Below, piece by piece: positions 1 through 14,377 of a stretch of 64,000 nt of DNA. The DNA is taken from contig NC_091288.1 of assembly GCF_032444005.1 (NCBI RefSeq), positions 55,862,001-55,926,000 of the forward strand, written 5' to 3'. The notes below the pieces were generated by a model. It saw only the letters and a program-made list of their open reading frames with translations. It did no database searches and was not told the origin of the DNA. The first letter of the stretch is position 1. Each line of letters begins with the position of its first letter. The stretch comes from Ranitomeya imitator. Taxonomy: Eukaryota. A program made the translations under genes and the position numbers.

Positions 1-486
1 AAAAGTGGCACGATGCTGCGGGCCCGGTGTCGGCGGTGAGGCAGATCACAGTGCATGGCTTTCCCGGTGGCCAATTACCTGAAGCCGTGGGCTGCTGGAG
101 GCAGCATATGTGCAGATTGGCATCTTCCATTTTCGGGCACGTGATTTGATCGAGCACCATGTGTGCATGAGGTTGGGGACGGCCGCCCTCAGCTTATTTT
201 TATACCAGATAGTGCCTATTGATATATAAGGTGCATAAGCTGTATACAACACTGCTACACCTGCCACTGATAAAACCGCATTGGTATCGGCGATACGCAT
301 GGAGGATCACCCCTACTGTCCTATATTCATTCTCTGGATTTTCCAGTATGGTATCTTTTTCTTACAGATGCTTTTTTTTGTATCATTGATTGTGCTGGTA
401 GTTTACTGGGGAATATTCACATGCATATAACCTAGATTTTGGGGAGGACATCATAAATTATCATGTCTATTTCCTACAATTATATA

Positions 487-829
487 CAGATGTCTCTCAC
501 AAAACTAGAATATCATCAAAAGGTTAATTTATTTCTGTTCTTCAATACAAAAAGTGAAACTCGTATATTAGATAGAGTCATTACAAATAAATTGATCTAT
601 TTCAATTGTTTATTTCTGTTAATGTTGATGATTATGGCTTACAGCCAATGAAAACCCAAAAGTCTTTATCTCAGTAAATTAGAATACTTTATAACACCAG
701 CTTGAAAAATGATTTTAAAATCCGAAATGTTGGCCTACTTTAATGTATGTTCAGTAAATGCACTCAATACTTGGTCGGGGCTCCTTTTGCATCAATTACT
801 GCAGCAATACGGCATGGCATGGAAGCGAT
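487..829 (-). mobile_element. Tc1/mariner terminal fragment
   Basis: Begins TA|CAGATGTCTCTCACAAAACTAGAATATCATC and closely matches the Tc1 end starting at 41551; breaks off at about 829. Confidence 0.75.
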
Positions 830-2667
<1,838 letters not shown>

Positions 2668-2714
2668 CATAATTTTTATGCAGATTTTCCAATTCCATGC
2701 TGTATAAACTTGAA

Positions 2715-2952
2715 GACTTATTTGGATCTTTCAAACGGAAGCTGAAAACCCACCTCTACAAGAAAGCTTACAACCTGTAATGACAAGGCCACCTCAACAC
2801 CATCGGAGCTACTGCGACCCCCGACCTACTGTCTCCTTCCTCATAATCCTGTAGAATGTAAGCCCGCAAGGGCAGGGTCCTATTCCCTCTCTACCAGTCT
2901 GTCATTGTTAGTTTTGTTTACTGTAAGTGATATTTGTATTGCGATGTAACCC
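2715..2952 (+). mobile_element. LINE-2 3' end (continues at 3729-3761 and 15991-16018)
   Basis: 2730-2780 encodes FKRKLKTHLYKKAYNL*, an L2 ORF2 C-terminal motif. The tail TGGTGCTATATAAATAAATAATAATAAT resumes right after the TTAA at 15987-15990. Confidence 0.7.
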
Positions 2953-3728
2953 TGTAAGGGCTGGAGGAACTCCACAGGTGAACCCACTGGACTGCCACAG
3001 CGAACCTCCCTAGGGCGAGTAGACCTTCTGGACCACCCCCTATACAGGGAGCATTAGGGACAGGCCCAGGGGAGACTACTGCCACGGCAGCTGGTACCCA
3101 GGGACAGGGAGCCGGAATGAGAGCGGAAGCAAGGAAAGACAGGAGGGTAGAATGACACGGAATGAGCATGGGAAAACGGAGAAGATTGCGAGGCAGACAG
3201 TTATGGCTGGGACACGGAGAAGTACTGTAGGAGACACTGACAGGCTGGAACGACAGGGTAACGAGAACACGGACAGGCTGGAGACACAGGAAGGCACTAA
3301 AAGAGAGCAAAGAGAAGGACAATGTTAAGGACAATGGGCAGAGTAGCATGGGTCAAAGGGCAGAGCCGACAAGTTGAGCAAAGAGACCGCAGAGAGACGT
3401 GGAGCCAAAATCACTTGAAAAATACAAATGACAGTCAGGCACTGTCAGGAGGAAGAGGCGGGCAGATAAACAGTGCAGCGAAGTACCTTCCAGGTCGGGG
3501 TCCTCCAGGAGCATAGAGGAAGCAGGAAGGAGCGGCCGAGATCAGGACGGGAAGTGTGCGCGTGCGCCGCTGAAGCCAGTGTACGCGCATCCGACGGGGA
3601 GTAGAAGCCAGCCGCGCGAGCAGAGCAGCAGACGCCGGGGGACGAGCAGGAGCGCACAGGGACGCCGCGGAATGGTGAGTATAGCGGGAGTCGAGGGGGG
3701 GGACAGTGAGAGAAGCAGCGGCGTGACA
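2953..3728. mobile_element. Solo LTR
   Basis: TGTAA...TGACA termini with a perfect 5-bp TSD AACCC (2948-2952 and 3729-3733). Confidence 0.85.
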
Positions 3729-4399
3729 AACCCCTTCTCATGCACAGCACCATTGAATTAACCCCTTAAGCCCCAAGGGTGGTTTGCACGTTAATGACCG
3801 GGCCAATTTTTACAATTCTGACCACTGTCCCTTTATGAGGTTATAGCTCTGGAACACTTCAACGGATCTTGGCGATTCTGACACTATTTTCTCGTGACAT
3901 ATTGTACTTCATGATAGTGGTAAAATTTCTTAGATATAATGTGCGTTTATTTGTGAAAAAATGGAAATTTGGCGAAAATTTTGCAATTTTCCAACTTTGA
4001 ATTTTTCAGCCCTTAAATCACAGAGATATGTCACACAAAATAATGAATAAGTAACATCTCCCACATCTCTACTTTATATCAGCACAATTTTGGAACCAAA
4101 ATTTTTTTTTGTTAGAGAGTGATAAGGGTTAAAAGTTGATCAGCAATTTCTCATTTTTACAACACCAATATTTTTTAGGGACCACATCACATTTGAAGTC
4201 ATTTTCAGGGGTCTATATGATAGAAAATAACCAAGTGTGACACCATTCTAAAAACTGCACCCCTCAAGGTGCTCAAAACCACATTCAAGAAGTTTATTAA
4301 CCCTTCAGGTGTTTTACAGGAATTTTTGGAATGTTTAAAAAAAATGAACATTTAACTTTTTTTCACAAAAAATTTACTTCAGCTCCAATTTGTTTTATT

Positions 4400-5084
4400 T
4401 TAGCAAGGGTAACAGGAGAAAATGGACCCCAAAAGTTGTTGTACAATTTGTTCTGAGTATGCTGATACCCCATATGTGGGGGTAAACCACTGGGTGCATG
4501 GCAGAGCTCGGAAGGGAAGGAGCGCCGTTTGACTTTTCAATGCAAAATTGACTGGAATTGAGATGGGACGCCATGTTGCGTTTGGAGAGCCCCTGATGTG
4601 CCTAAACATTGAAACCCCCAACAAGTGACAACATTTTGGAAAGTAGACCCCCTAAGGAACTTATCTAGATGTGTGGTGAGCACTTTGACCCACCTAGTGC
4701 TTCACAGAAGTTTATAATGCAGAGCCGTCAAAATAAAAAATCATATTTTTTCACAAATATGATCTTTTCGCCCCCAATTTTTTATTTTCCCAAGGGTAAG
4801 AGAAGAAATTGGACCCCAAAAGTTGTTGTGCCATTTGTTCTGAGTACGCCGATACCCCATATGTGAGGGTAAACCACTGTTTGGGCGCATGGCAGAGCTC
4901 GGAAGTGAAGGAGCGCCATTTGACTTTTCAATGCAAAATTGACTGGAATTGAGATGGGACGCCATGTTGCGTTTGGAGAGCCCCTGATGTGCCTAAACAT
5001 TGAAACCCCCAACAAGTGACACCATTTTGGAAAGTAGACCCCCTAAGGAACTTATCTAGATGTGTGGTGAGCACTTTGACCCAC
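4400..5084. repeat. Tandem ~380-450-bp subrepeats (continue at 12910-14370)
   Basis: The motif AAGGGTAACAGGAGAAATTGGACCCCAAAAGTTGTTG recurs near 4405, 4794, 13014, 13399, 13782 and 14141. Confidence 0.85.
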
Positions 5085-5944
5085 TGTTAGGGCTAGCGGA
5101 AAGCACCGAGTAAATATAGATGTTTTATTATAATTGATGCGTTCGCAGCCCGGGGTCCACCGTGCAGGAGAACATGCTGCTAGCAATGGCGGCACTATAT
5201 GGCGGTATGAACTAGCTCTGTTATTTCACAGAGTAGCTGTGAAAGCAAAGCACTGCGCCCTGTTAGACTTCACAGAGGCACAGGCTAACTGCCCAACAGA
5301 GAGCAGTCAGTCAGTGGTCATGCATGCACACACAACTCCTCGCCGGAGGTGCCAGCATTCTAGGGGCTTATTTCAGCCAGGTCCCTGAATACATACAAAC
5401 ACACAATCTCCTCGCCGGAGGTGCCAGCATTCTAGGGGCTTATTTCAGCCGGGTCCCTGAACACAAACTTACATGACCACACTGGCGCAAAGCACATAAC
5501 TTAGAAAGATACTAGCGCATGGCTGTGCGGCCATGCGAGCCTTAAATAGTTGCAGCACGTACAGGACCTTCCTAGAAGGACCAATGAGAGGCTGCTACAG
5601 AGCCTGAGCACCTACAGGACCTTCCTGGAGGACCAATGGATTTAGCTGCAGTGTCTGAACATGTGACCCTCGATCTCCACTGAGAGATCTTACTCAGAAC
5701 GAGAAAAGCAGGACTTAGTCCTAGAAGCGTCTGCTCGCCGCTGCCCAGCACTGGCTTCAATGGCAGAAGCAGGAAAAGCAGCAGTAACTCTTTGTACAGA
5801 GTCAGACTGAGCAAGACGCTGGGACTGACGCCTCCACTGAGCAGGCTCCACTGCAGCAGGAGAATAATGGGAGACCGCAGCGGAGATGGCCGAGATTCCC
5901 CCTGTGCAGAGGCGGGAACTCGACCCCTAACATCACCCCCCGTC

Positions 5945-6187
5945 CTAAGCCCCCCCTCCTTGGGCCTCTCTACACTCGAAGGCAGCAATGAGCTGCGGAG
6001 CCTGAATGTGCTCAGCAGGCTCCCAGGACCTGTCCTCAGGACCATAACCCTTCCAGTCCACCAAATAAATTTTTTTGCCACGTACCACCTTGCACCCCAA
6101 AATAGCGTTCACCTCGTAATCGTCCGTAGACGAACCCAATGTCCCGGCAGATGACTCAGAAAACCGGGACATGTATACGGGCTTAAG
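5945..6187 (-). pseudogene. Integrase C-terminus and chromodomain of element B
   Basis: [34 protein letters not shown] chromodomain; cut at 6187 by the LTR of element A. Confidence 0.85.
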
Positions 6188-7075
6188 TGTTGTGAATTCA
6201 GCTTTTGGGCTCCCTCCGGTGGTTGTAGGTGGTAATGCAGTTGTGCCTGGACTGCAGGATTGGACAGGTGTATCTACTAATTGCAAAACTGACTGGGGTA
6301 TATAGCTTTGCAGGACTCTTTAGTCCCTGCCAGTTGTCCATTGTTTTTGGAGGATTCACTTCCCTGCTGGTCTCTCCAGTTTGCTGTGCTTTTCTACAAA
6401 GATAAGTCCTGGCTTTGTTTTTGCTGTCCACCTGCTGTGGACCTTATAGTTCTGTGCATTTTTCATGTTTTGTCTTGTCCAGCTTTGTCTGTGAAGGATT
6501 TTTTGCAGCCAAGCTATGTCTCTGGAGATGCAGATATACCCTCCATGTCTTTAGTCAGATGTGGTGATTTGTATTTTCTGTGGTGGATATTTTCTAGTGT
6601 TTTAATACTGACCGCATAGTACTCTGTTCTATGCTTTCTTTTTAGCTAGTATGGCCTCCTATGCTAAAATCTGATTTCATATCAGCGTATGTTATTTCCC
6701 TCTCCTCTCACAGTCAATATTTGTGGGGGGCTATCTATCCTTTGGGGATTTTCTCTGAGGCAAGATAGGTTTCCTGTTTCTGTCTTTAGGGGAAGTTAGA
6801 TCTTGGGCTGTGTCGAGGGGTCTAGGGAGTGTTAGGTACCCCCCACGGCTACTTCTAGTTGCGCTGCTAGGTTCAGGGTTTGCGGTCAGTACAGGGATCA
6901 CCTTCTCCAGAGTCTGTCTCATGCTGCTCCTAGGCCACCAGATCATAACAGTACAACTGGCCAACAATGAGTTAATTGTATCTCAGAAGAAGGGAGGGAA
7001 GATTTTGAGCCATTTTTTTTCCTTAGCCTGTTCCTCCCTCTTAATCTCTGGGTGGCTACGGAATCTAGTATTAAC

Positions 7076-9610
7076 ATGAATGTTCAGGAGTTAGTTTCTC
7101 GGGTGGATCAGCTTGCTGTTAGGGTACAGGGTATTTCAGATTATATTGTTCAGACTCCTGCCTTAGAACCTAAGATTCCCACTCCTGATTTATTCTTTGG
7201 TGACAGATCCAAATTTTTGAGTTTCAAAAATAACTGTAAACTGTTTTTTGCATTAAGACCCCGGTCTTCTGGTGATCCTATTCAGCAGGTTAAAATCATC
7301 ATATCTCTGCTGCGTGGAGACCCACAGGATTGGGCATTTTCCCTGGAAACTGGCAATCCTGCTTTGCTTGATGTTGATTCTTTCTTTCAGGCATTGGGGT
7401 TGTTGTATGATGAGCCTAATTCTGTGGATCAGGCTGAGAAAATCTTGTTGGCCCTGTGTCAAGGTCAAGAAGCGGCAGAATCGTATTGCCAGAAATTTAG
7501 AAAATGGTCTGTACTGACTAAATGGAATGAGGATGCCTTGGCGGCAATTTTCAGAAAGGGTCTTTCTGAGTCCGTTAAAGATGTTATGGTCTGGTTCCCC
7601 ACGCCTGCTGGTCTGAGTGATTCTATGTCTCTGGCCATTCAGATTGATCGGTGCTTGCGCGAGCGCAGAGTTGTGCACACTGTGGCGTTGTCCTCTGAGC
7701 GGAGCCCTGAGCCTATGCAGTGTGATAGGATTTTGTCTAGAGCTGAACGTCAAAGATTCAGGCGTCAGAATAGGTTGTGTTTTTACTGCGGTGATTCTGC
7801 TCATGTTATTTCTGATTGCCTTAAGCGTACAAAGAGAATCGCTAGTTCTGTTACCATCAGTACTATACAACCTAAATTTCTGTTATCTGTGACCTTGATC
7901 TGCTCATTATCATCATTTTCTGTCATGGCATTTGTGGATTCAGGCACCGCTCTGAACTTAATGGACTTAGAATTTGCCAGACGTTGTGGTTTCCCCTTGC
8001 AGCCTTTGCAGAACCCTATTCCTTTGAGGGGCATTGATGCTACACCGTTGGCTAAAAATAAACCTCAGTTTTGGACACAGCTGACCATGCGCATGGCGCC
8101 AGCCCATCAGGAAGATTGTCGTTTTCTGGTGTTGCATAATTTGCATGATGATATTGTGCTCGGTTTTCCATGGTTGCAGCTACATAATCCGGTGTTAGAT
8201 TTGAAATCCATGTCTGTGACTAGTTGGGGTTGTCAAGGGGTTCATGATCATGTTCCTTTGATGTCAATTTCCTCTTCCCCCTCTTCTGAAATTCCTGAGT
8301 TTTTGTCAGACTTCCAGGATGTATTCGATGAGCCCAAATCCAGTTCCCTTCCACCGCATAGGGACTGTGATTGTGCTATTGACTTGATTCCAGGTTGTAA
8401 GTTCCCTAAGGGCCGACTTTTCAACCTGTCTGTGCCAGAATATTCCGCCATGCGGAGCTATATTAAGGAGTCTTTGGAGAAGGGGCATATTCGGCCATCT
8501 TCTTCACCGTTGGGAGCGGGGTTCTTTTTTGTTGCCAAGAAGGATGGCTCCTTGAGACCCTGTATTGATTATCGCCTCTTGAATAAGATCACAGTCAAAT
8601 TTCAATACCCTTTGCCTTTGCTTACTGATTTGTTTGCTAGGATTAAGGGGGCTAGCTGGTTTACTAAGATTGACCTTCAAGGGGCATATAATCTTATTCG
8701 TATTAAGCAGGGTGACGAATGGAAAACTGCATTTAATACGCCCGAAGGCCATTTTGAATACCTTGTGATGCCATTCGGACTCTCTAATGCTCCATCTGTG
8801 TTCCAGTCCTTCATGCATGATATCTTTCGGAGTTATCTTGATAAATTCATGGTTGTATATTTGGATGATATTTTGATTTTTTCCAATGATTGGGAGTCTC
8901 ATGTGAAACAGGTCAGGATGGTATTTCAGATCCTCCGTAATAATGCTTTATTTGTGAAAGTGTCAAAGTGCCTCTTTGGAGTGCAGAAGGTTTCTATTTT
9001 GGGTTTCATTTTTTCTCCCTCATCTATAGAAATTGATCCGGTTAAGGTTCAGGCCATTCATGATTGGATTCAGCCCACATCTGTGAAGAGCCTTCAGAAA
9101 TTCTTGGGCTTTGCTAATTTTTATCGTTGTTTCATTGCCAACTTCTCCAGTGTGGTTAAACCTCTGACCGATTTGACAAAGAAAGGCGCTGATGTGACGA
9201 ATTGGTCCTCCGCGGCTGTTTCTGCCTTTCAGGAGCTTAAACGCCGATTTACTTCTGCCCCTGTGTTGCGTCAGCCAGATGTTTCTCTTCCATTTCAGGT
9301 TGAGGTTGACGCGTCTGAGATTGGGGCAGGGGCCGTTTTGTCTCAGAGGAATTCTGATGGTTCTTTGATGAAACTGTGTGCCTTCTTTTCTCGGAAGTTT
9401 TCGCCTGCGGAACGCAATTATGATGTCGGCAATCGGGAATTGTTGGCTATGAAGTGGGCATTTGAGGAGTGGCGACATTGGCTTGAGGGGGCCAAGCACC
9501 GTATTGTGGTCCTGACCGATCATAAGAATCTGATTTACCTCGAGTCTGCCAAACGGCTGAATCCTAGACAGGCTCGATGGTCCCTGTTTTTCTCCCGATG
9601 CCCTCTCTAG
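7076..9610 (+). CDS. Gag-protease-RT-RNase H polyprotein, truncated by a small deletion near 9600
   Basis: CCHC knuckle CFYCGDSAHVISDC, protease DSG, RT YLDD, RNase H DAS/ELLA/TDHKN. The frame breaks at FFSR just before the ADALSRSF-like segment. Confidence 0.9.
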   Translation: MNVQELVSRVDQLAVRVQGISDYIVQTPALEPKIPTPDLFFGDRSKFLSFKNNCKLFFALRPRSSGDPIQQVKIIISLLRGDPQDWAFSLETGNPALLDVDSFFQALGLLYDEPNSVDQAEKILLALCQGQEAAESYCQKFRKWSVLTKWNEDALAAIFRKGLSESVKDVMVWFPTPAGLSDSMSLAIQIDRCLRERRVVHTVALSSERSPEPMQCDRILSRAERQRFRRQNRLCFYCGDSAHVISDCLKRTKRIASSVTISTIQPKFLLSVTLICSLSSFSVMAFVDSGTALNLMDLEFARRCGFPLQPLQNPIPLRGIDATPLAKNKPQFWTQLTMRMAPAHQEDCRFLVLHNLHDDIVLGFPWLQLHNPVLDLKSMSVTSWGCQGVHDHVPLMSISSSPSSEIPEFLSDFQDVFDEPKSSSLPPHRDCDCAIDLIPGCKFPKGRLFNLSVPEYSAMRSYIKESLEKGHIRPSSSPLGAGFFFVAKKDGSLRPCIDYRLLNKITVKFQYPLPLLTDLFARIKGASWFTKIDLQGAYNLIRIKQGDEWKTAFNTPEGHFEYLVMPFGLSNAPSVFQSFMHDIFRSYLDKFMVVYLDDILIFSNDWESHVKQVRMVFQILRNNALFVKVSKCLFGVQKVSILGFIFSPSSIEIDPVKVQAIHDWIQPTSVKSLQKFLGFANFYRCFIANFSSVVKPLTDLTKKGADVTNWSSAAVSAFQELKRRFTSAPVLRQPDVSLPFQVEVDASEIGAGAVLSQRNSDGSLMKLCAFFSRKFSPAERNYDVGNRELLAMKWAFEEWRHWLEGAKHRIVVLTDHKNLIYLESAKRLNPRQARWSLFFSRCPL

Positions 9611-11040
9611 GAGTTTTTTCCTGATTCCCCTGGGGTTCTTGAGCCGGTCGGCATTCTGAAGGAAGGGGTGATTCTTTCTGCCATCTCCCCTGATTTACGA
9701 CGCGTTCTTCAGGAATTTCAGGCTAATAAAGATGACCGCTGTCCAGTGGGGAAACTGTTTGTTCCTGATAGATGGACTAGTAAAGTGATTTCTGAGGTTC
9801 ATTGTTCTGTGTTTGCTGGCCATCCTGGGATTTTTGGTACCAGAGATTTAGTTGGTAGGTCCTTTTGGTGGCCTTCTTTGTCGCGGGATGTGCGTTCTTT
9901 TGTGCAGTCCTGTGGGATTTGTGCGCGGGCTAAGCCTTGCTGTTCCCGCGCTAGTGGGTTGCTTTTGCCATTACCGGTCCCCGAGAGGCCCTGGACACAT
10001 ATTTCTATGGATTTTATTTCCGATCTTCCTGTTTCCCAAAGAATGTCGGTTATCTGGGTTGTCTGTGACCGATTTTCTAAGATGGTTCATTTGGTGCCTT
10101 TGCCTAAATTGCCTTCTTCTTCTGATTTGGTTCTGTTGTTTTTTCAGCATGTGGTACGTTTGCATGGTATTCCGGAGAATATTGTGTCCGACAGAGGTTC
10201 CCAGTTTGTTTCTAGGTTTTGGCGGGCCTTTTGTGCCAAGCTGGGCATTGATTTGTCTTTTTCTTCTGCATTTCATCCTCAGACAAATGGCCAGACTGAG
10301 CGAACTAATCAGACCTTGGAGACCTATTTGAGATGCTTTGTGTCTGCTGATCAGGATGATTGGGTGGCTTTTTTGCCATTGGCCGAGTTTGCCCTTAATA
10401 ATCAGGCTAGTTCGGCTACTTTGGTTTAGCCTTTTTTTTGTAATTTTGGTTTTCATCCTCGTTTTTCTTCTGGGCAGGTTGAGCCTTCTGATTGTCCTGG
10501 TGTTGATTCTGTGGTGGACAGGCTGCAGCAGATTTGGACTCATGTGGTGGACAATTTGACGTTGTCTCAGGAAAGGGCTCAACCTTTTGCTAACCGCCGT
10601 CGGTGTGTTGGTCCCCGGCTTCTTGTGGGGGATTTGGTTTGGTTGTCTTCTCGTCATGTTCCTATGTAGGTTTCTTCCCCTAAGTTTAAGCCTCGGTTTA
10701 TTGGTCCTTATAAGATTTCTGAAATTATCAATCCGGTGTCTTTTCGTTTGGCTCTTCCAGCCTCTTTTGCCATTCATAATGTTTTCCATAGATCTTTGTT
10801 GCGGAGATATGTGGTGCCCGTTGTTCCCTCAGTTGATCCTCCTGCCCCGGTGTTGGTTGAGGGAGAGTTGGAATATGAGGTTGAGAAAATTTTGGATTCT
10901 CGTGTTTCGAGGCGGAGGCTTCAGTATCTTGTCAAGTGGAAGGGTTATGGCCAGGAGGATAATTCTTGGGTTGTTGCCTCCGATGTCCATGCCACCGATT
11001 TGGTTCGTGCTTTTCACTTGGCTCGTCCTGATCGGCCTGG
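9611..11040 (+). pseudogene. Integrase plus chromodomain of element A with premature stops
   Basis: Zinc-binding H..H..C..C, DFISD, SDRGSQF and QTERTNQ; TAG stops at about 10427 and about 10666; chromodomain YEVEKILDSR...YLVKWKGY. Confidence 0.88.
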
Positions 11041-11879
11041 GGGCTCTGGTGAGGGTTTGGTGACCCCTCCTCAAGGGGGGGGTACTGTTGTGAATTCCAC
11101 TCTTGGGCTCCCTCCGGTGGTTGTAAGTGGCACTTTTGTGAGTTCTGCTCTTGGGCTCCCTCCGGTGGTTTTAAGTGAAATTGCTGCTCCTTGGATTTAG
11201 CAGTCAGCAGCTGCTTCCACTGATTGTCTCTTCTGCTCGGCTATTTAGCCTGGCTCTTTCCTTCAGCTTGTGCCACTTGTCAATGGTTCCTGGTTGGATT
11301 CACATCTCTTTGGATTTCCCTGTTATCCTGACCAGTTCAGCAAAGCTAAGTCCTTGCTTGCTCTTTTCTGTCCACAGGTTGTGGACTTATCCGTTCTGTG
11401 CTTTCTATGTTTATCCAGCTTGTCAGTATGAATTAATTCTGTGTAGCTGGAAGCTCTGGGAAGCAGATTTACCCTCCACACCTTTAGTCAGGTGTGGAGA
11501 TTTTTGTAAACTCTGTGTGGATTTTTTGTAGTGTTTTATACTGACCGCACAGTATTCCATTCGGTCCTATCTATCTAGCTAGACTGGCCTCCTGTGCTCA
11601 TCCTGGTTTCATTCTGTGTATGTCTTTTCCCTCTCCACTCACAGTCATTACTTGTGGGGGCTATCTATCCTTTGGGGATTTTCTCTGAGGCAAGATAGTT
11701 TTCCTGTTTCTATCTTTAGGGGTAGTTAGTTCTCAGGCTGTGACGAGGTGCCTAGGGAGTGTCAGGAGCATCCCACGGCTACTTCTAGTGTTGTGTTGAG
11801 CTTAGGGACTGCGGTCAGTACAGGTACCACTTCCTTCAGAGCTCGTCCCATGTTGCTCCTAAACCACCAGATCATAACA

Positions 11880-12016
11880 GACAAGGTTGCTGCAGCCACG
11901 CTAGCAGCCTGTATAGCAACTGCAGTAACATCCACAGCTGAGGTTGTGCTCTCGAGAGCCGCCAACCTACCCTCCAGCTGCTGGATATACCGCAAGGATT
12001 GCTGAATGTCTGCCAT
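11880..12016 (-). pseudogene. gag 5' end of element B
   Basis: MADIQQSLRYIQQLEGRLAALES directly downstream of the B 5' LTR and PBS; cut by the 3' LTR of element A. Confidence 0.75.
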
Positions 12017-14377
12017 TTACTAGCCAGACCCTGGCGCTAGTATTCTGTTAGGGCTAGCGGAACGCACCGAGTAAATATAGATGTTTTATTATAATTGATG
12101 CGTTCGCAGCCCAGGGTCCACCGTGCAGGAGAACCTGCTGCTAGCAATGGCGGCACTATATGGCGGTATGAACTAGCTCTGTTATTTCACAGAGTAGCTG
12201 TGAAAGCAATGCACTGTGCCCTGTTAGACTTCACAGAGGCACAGGCTAACTGCCCAACAGAGAGCAGTCAGTCAGTGGTCATGCATGCACACAAAACTCC
12301 TCGCCGGAGGTGCCAGCATTCTAGGGGCTTATTTCAGCCAGGTCCCTGAATACATACAAACACACAATCTCCTCGCCGGAGGTGCCAGCATTCTAGGGGC
12401 TTATTTCAGCCGGGTCCCTAAACACAAACTTACATGACCACACTGGCGGAAAGCACATAACTTAGAAAGCTACTAGTGCATGGCCGTGCGGCCATGCAAA
12501 CCTTAAATAGTTGCAGCACGTACAGGACCTTCCTAGAAGGACCACTGAGAGGCTGCTACAGAGCCTGAGCACCTACAGGACCTTCCTGGAGGACCAATGG
12601 ATTTAGCTGCAGTATCTGAACATGTGACCCTCGATCTCCACTGAGAGATCTTACTCTGGGCATGCTCAGAACGAGAAAAGCAGGACTTAGTCCTAGAAGC
12701 GTCTGCTCACCGCTGCCCAGCACTGGCTTCAATGGCAGAAGCAGGAAAAGCAGCAGTAACTCTTTGTACAGAGTCAGACTGAGCGAGACTCTGGGACCGA
12801 CGTCTCCGCTGAGCAGGCTCCACTGCGGCAGGAGAAGAATGGGAGACTGCAGCGGAGATGGCCCGAGATTCCCCCTGTGCAGAGGCGGGAACTCGACCCC
12901 TAACTCGACCCCACCAAGTGCTTCACAGAAGTTTATAATGCAGAGGTGTCAAAATAAAAAATAATATTTTTTCACAAATATGATCTTTTCGCCCCCAATT
13001 TTTTATTCTCCCAATGGTAAGAGAAGAAATTGGACTCCAAAAGTTTTTGTGCCATTTGTCCTGAGTACGCCGATACCCCATATGTGGGGGTAAACCACTG
13101 TTTGGGTGCATGGCAGAGCTAGGAAGGGAAGGAGCGCCATTTGACTTTTCAATGCAAAATTGACTGGAATTGAGATGGGACACCATGTCACGTTTGGAGA
13201 GCCCCTGATGTGCCTAAACATTGAAACCCCTCAAAAGTGACATCATTTTGGAAAGTAGACCCCCTAAGGAACATATCTAGATGTGTTTTGACAGCTTTGA
13301 ACCACCAAGTGTTTCACTACAGTTTATAACGCAGAGCCGTGAAAATAAAAAAAAAATTTTTCCACAACAATTCTTTAGCCCCCAGTTTTGTATTTTCCCA
13401 AGGGTAACAGGAGAAATTGGACTCCAAAAGTTGTTGTCCAATTTGTCCTGAGTCCGCTGTTACCCCATATGTGGGGGGAACCACCTTTTGGGTGCACGGC
13501 AGAGCTCGGAAGGGAAGGAGCGCCATTTGGAATGTAGACTTAGATGGATTGATCTGCAGGCATCACCTTGCATTTGCAGAGCCCCTGATGCACCTAAACA
13601 GTAGAAACCCCCTACAAGTGACACCATTTTGGAAACTAGACCCCCCAAGGAACTTATCTAGATGTGTTGTGAGAACTTTGAACCCCCGAGTGTTTCACTA
13701 CAGTTTATAACGCAGAGCCGTGAAAATAAAAACATCATTTTTTTCCACAAAAATTATACTTTAGCCTGTTTTGTATTTTTCCAAGGGTAACAGGAGAAAT
13801 TGGACCCCAAAAGTTGTTGTCCAATTTGTCCTGAGTACGCTGATACCCCATATGTGGGGGGAACCACTGTTTGGGTGCACGGCAGAGCTCGGAAGGGAAG
13901 GAGCACCATTTGGAATGTAGACTTAGATGGATTTGTCTGCAGGCGTCACGTTGCATTTGCAGAGCCCCTGATGCACCTAAACAGTAGAAATCCCCCACAA
14001 GTGACCCCATATTGGAAACTAGACCCCTCAAGGAAGTTATCTAGATGTGTTGTGAGAACTTTGAACGCAGCGTCGTGAAAATAAAAATTAATTTTTTTCC
14101 CACAAAAATGTTTTTTTAGCCCCCCAAATTTTTATTTTCCCAAGGGTAACAAGAGAAATTGGACCCCAATAGTTGTTGTCCAATTTGTCCTGAGTATGCT
14201 GATACCCCATATGTTGGGGTAAACCCCTGTTTTGGCGCACGGGAGAGCTCGGAAGGGAAGGAGCACTGTTTTACTTTTTCAACGCAGAATTGGCTGGAAT
14301 TGAGATCGGACGCCATGTCTCGTTTGGAGAGCCCTGATGTGCCTAAACAGTGGAAACCCCCCAATTCTAACTGAAAT

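Larger units (their letters stand above)
6188..11879 (+). mobile_element. Gypsy chromovirus element A (Tf1/sushi-like), chimeric LTRs
   Basis: LTRs at 6188-6950 and 11086-11879 (TGTTGTGAATTC...GATCATAACA); PBS at 6951-6962; PPT at about 11073-11085. The LTR interiors diverge strongly and there is no TSD. Confidence 0.9.
5085..12909 (-). mobile_element. Gypsy chromovirus element B, internally deleted
   Basis: LTRs at 5085-5932 and 12046-~12909; TSD CCCAC (5080-5084 and 12910-12914); PPT next to 5933; gag start at 12016 (MADIQQSLRY); chromodomain 3' end. Confidence 0.85.

Noticed and set aside
1-460. Possible exon of a neighbouring gene at the window start
   Set aside because: No recognisable protein motif or supported exon; left unannotated.
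7253-10789. Long antisense ORFs (205, 167 and 272 aa)
   Set aside because: Shadows of the Gypsy pol gene with no recognisable motifs.
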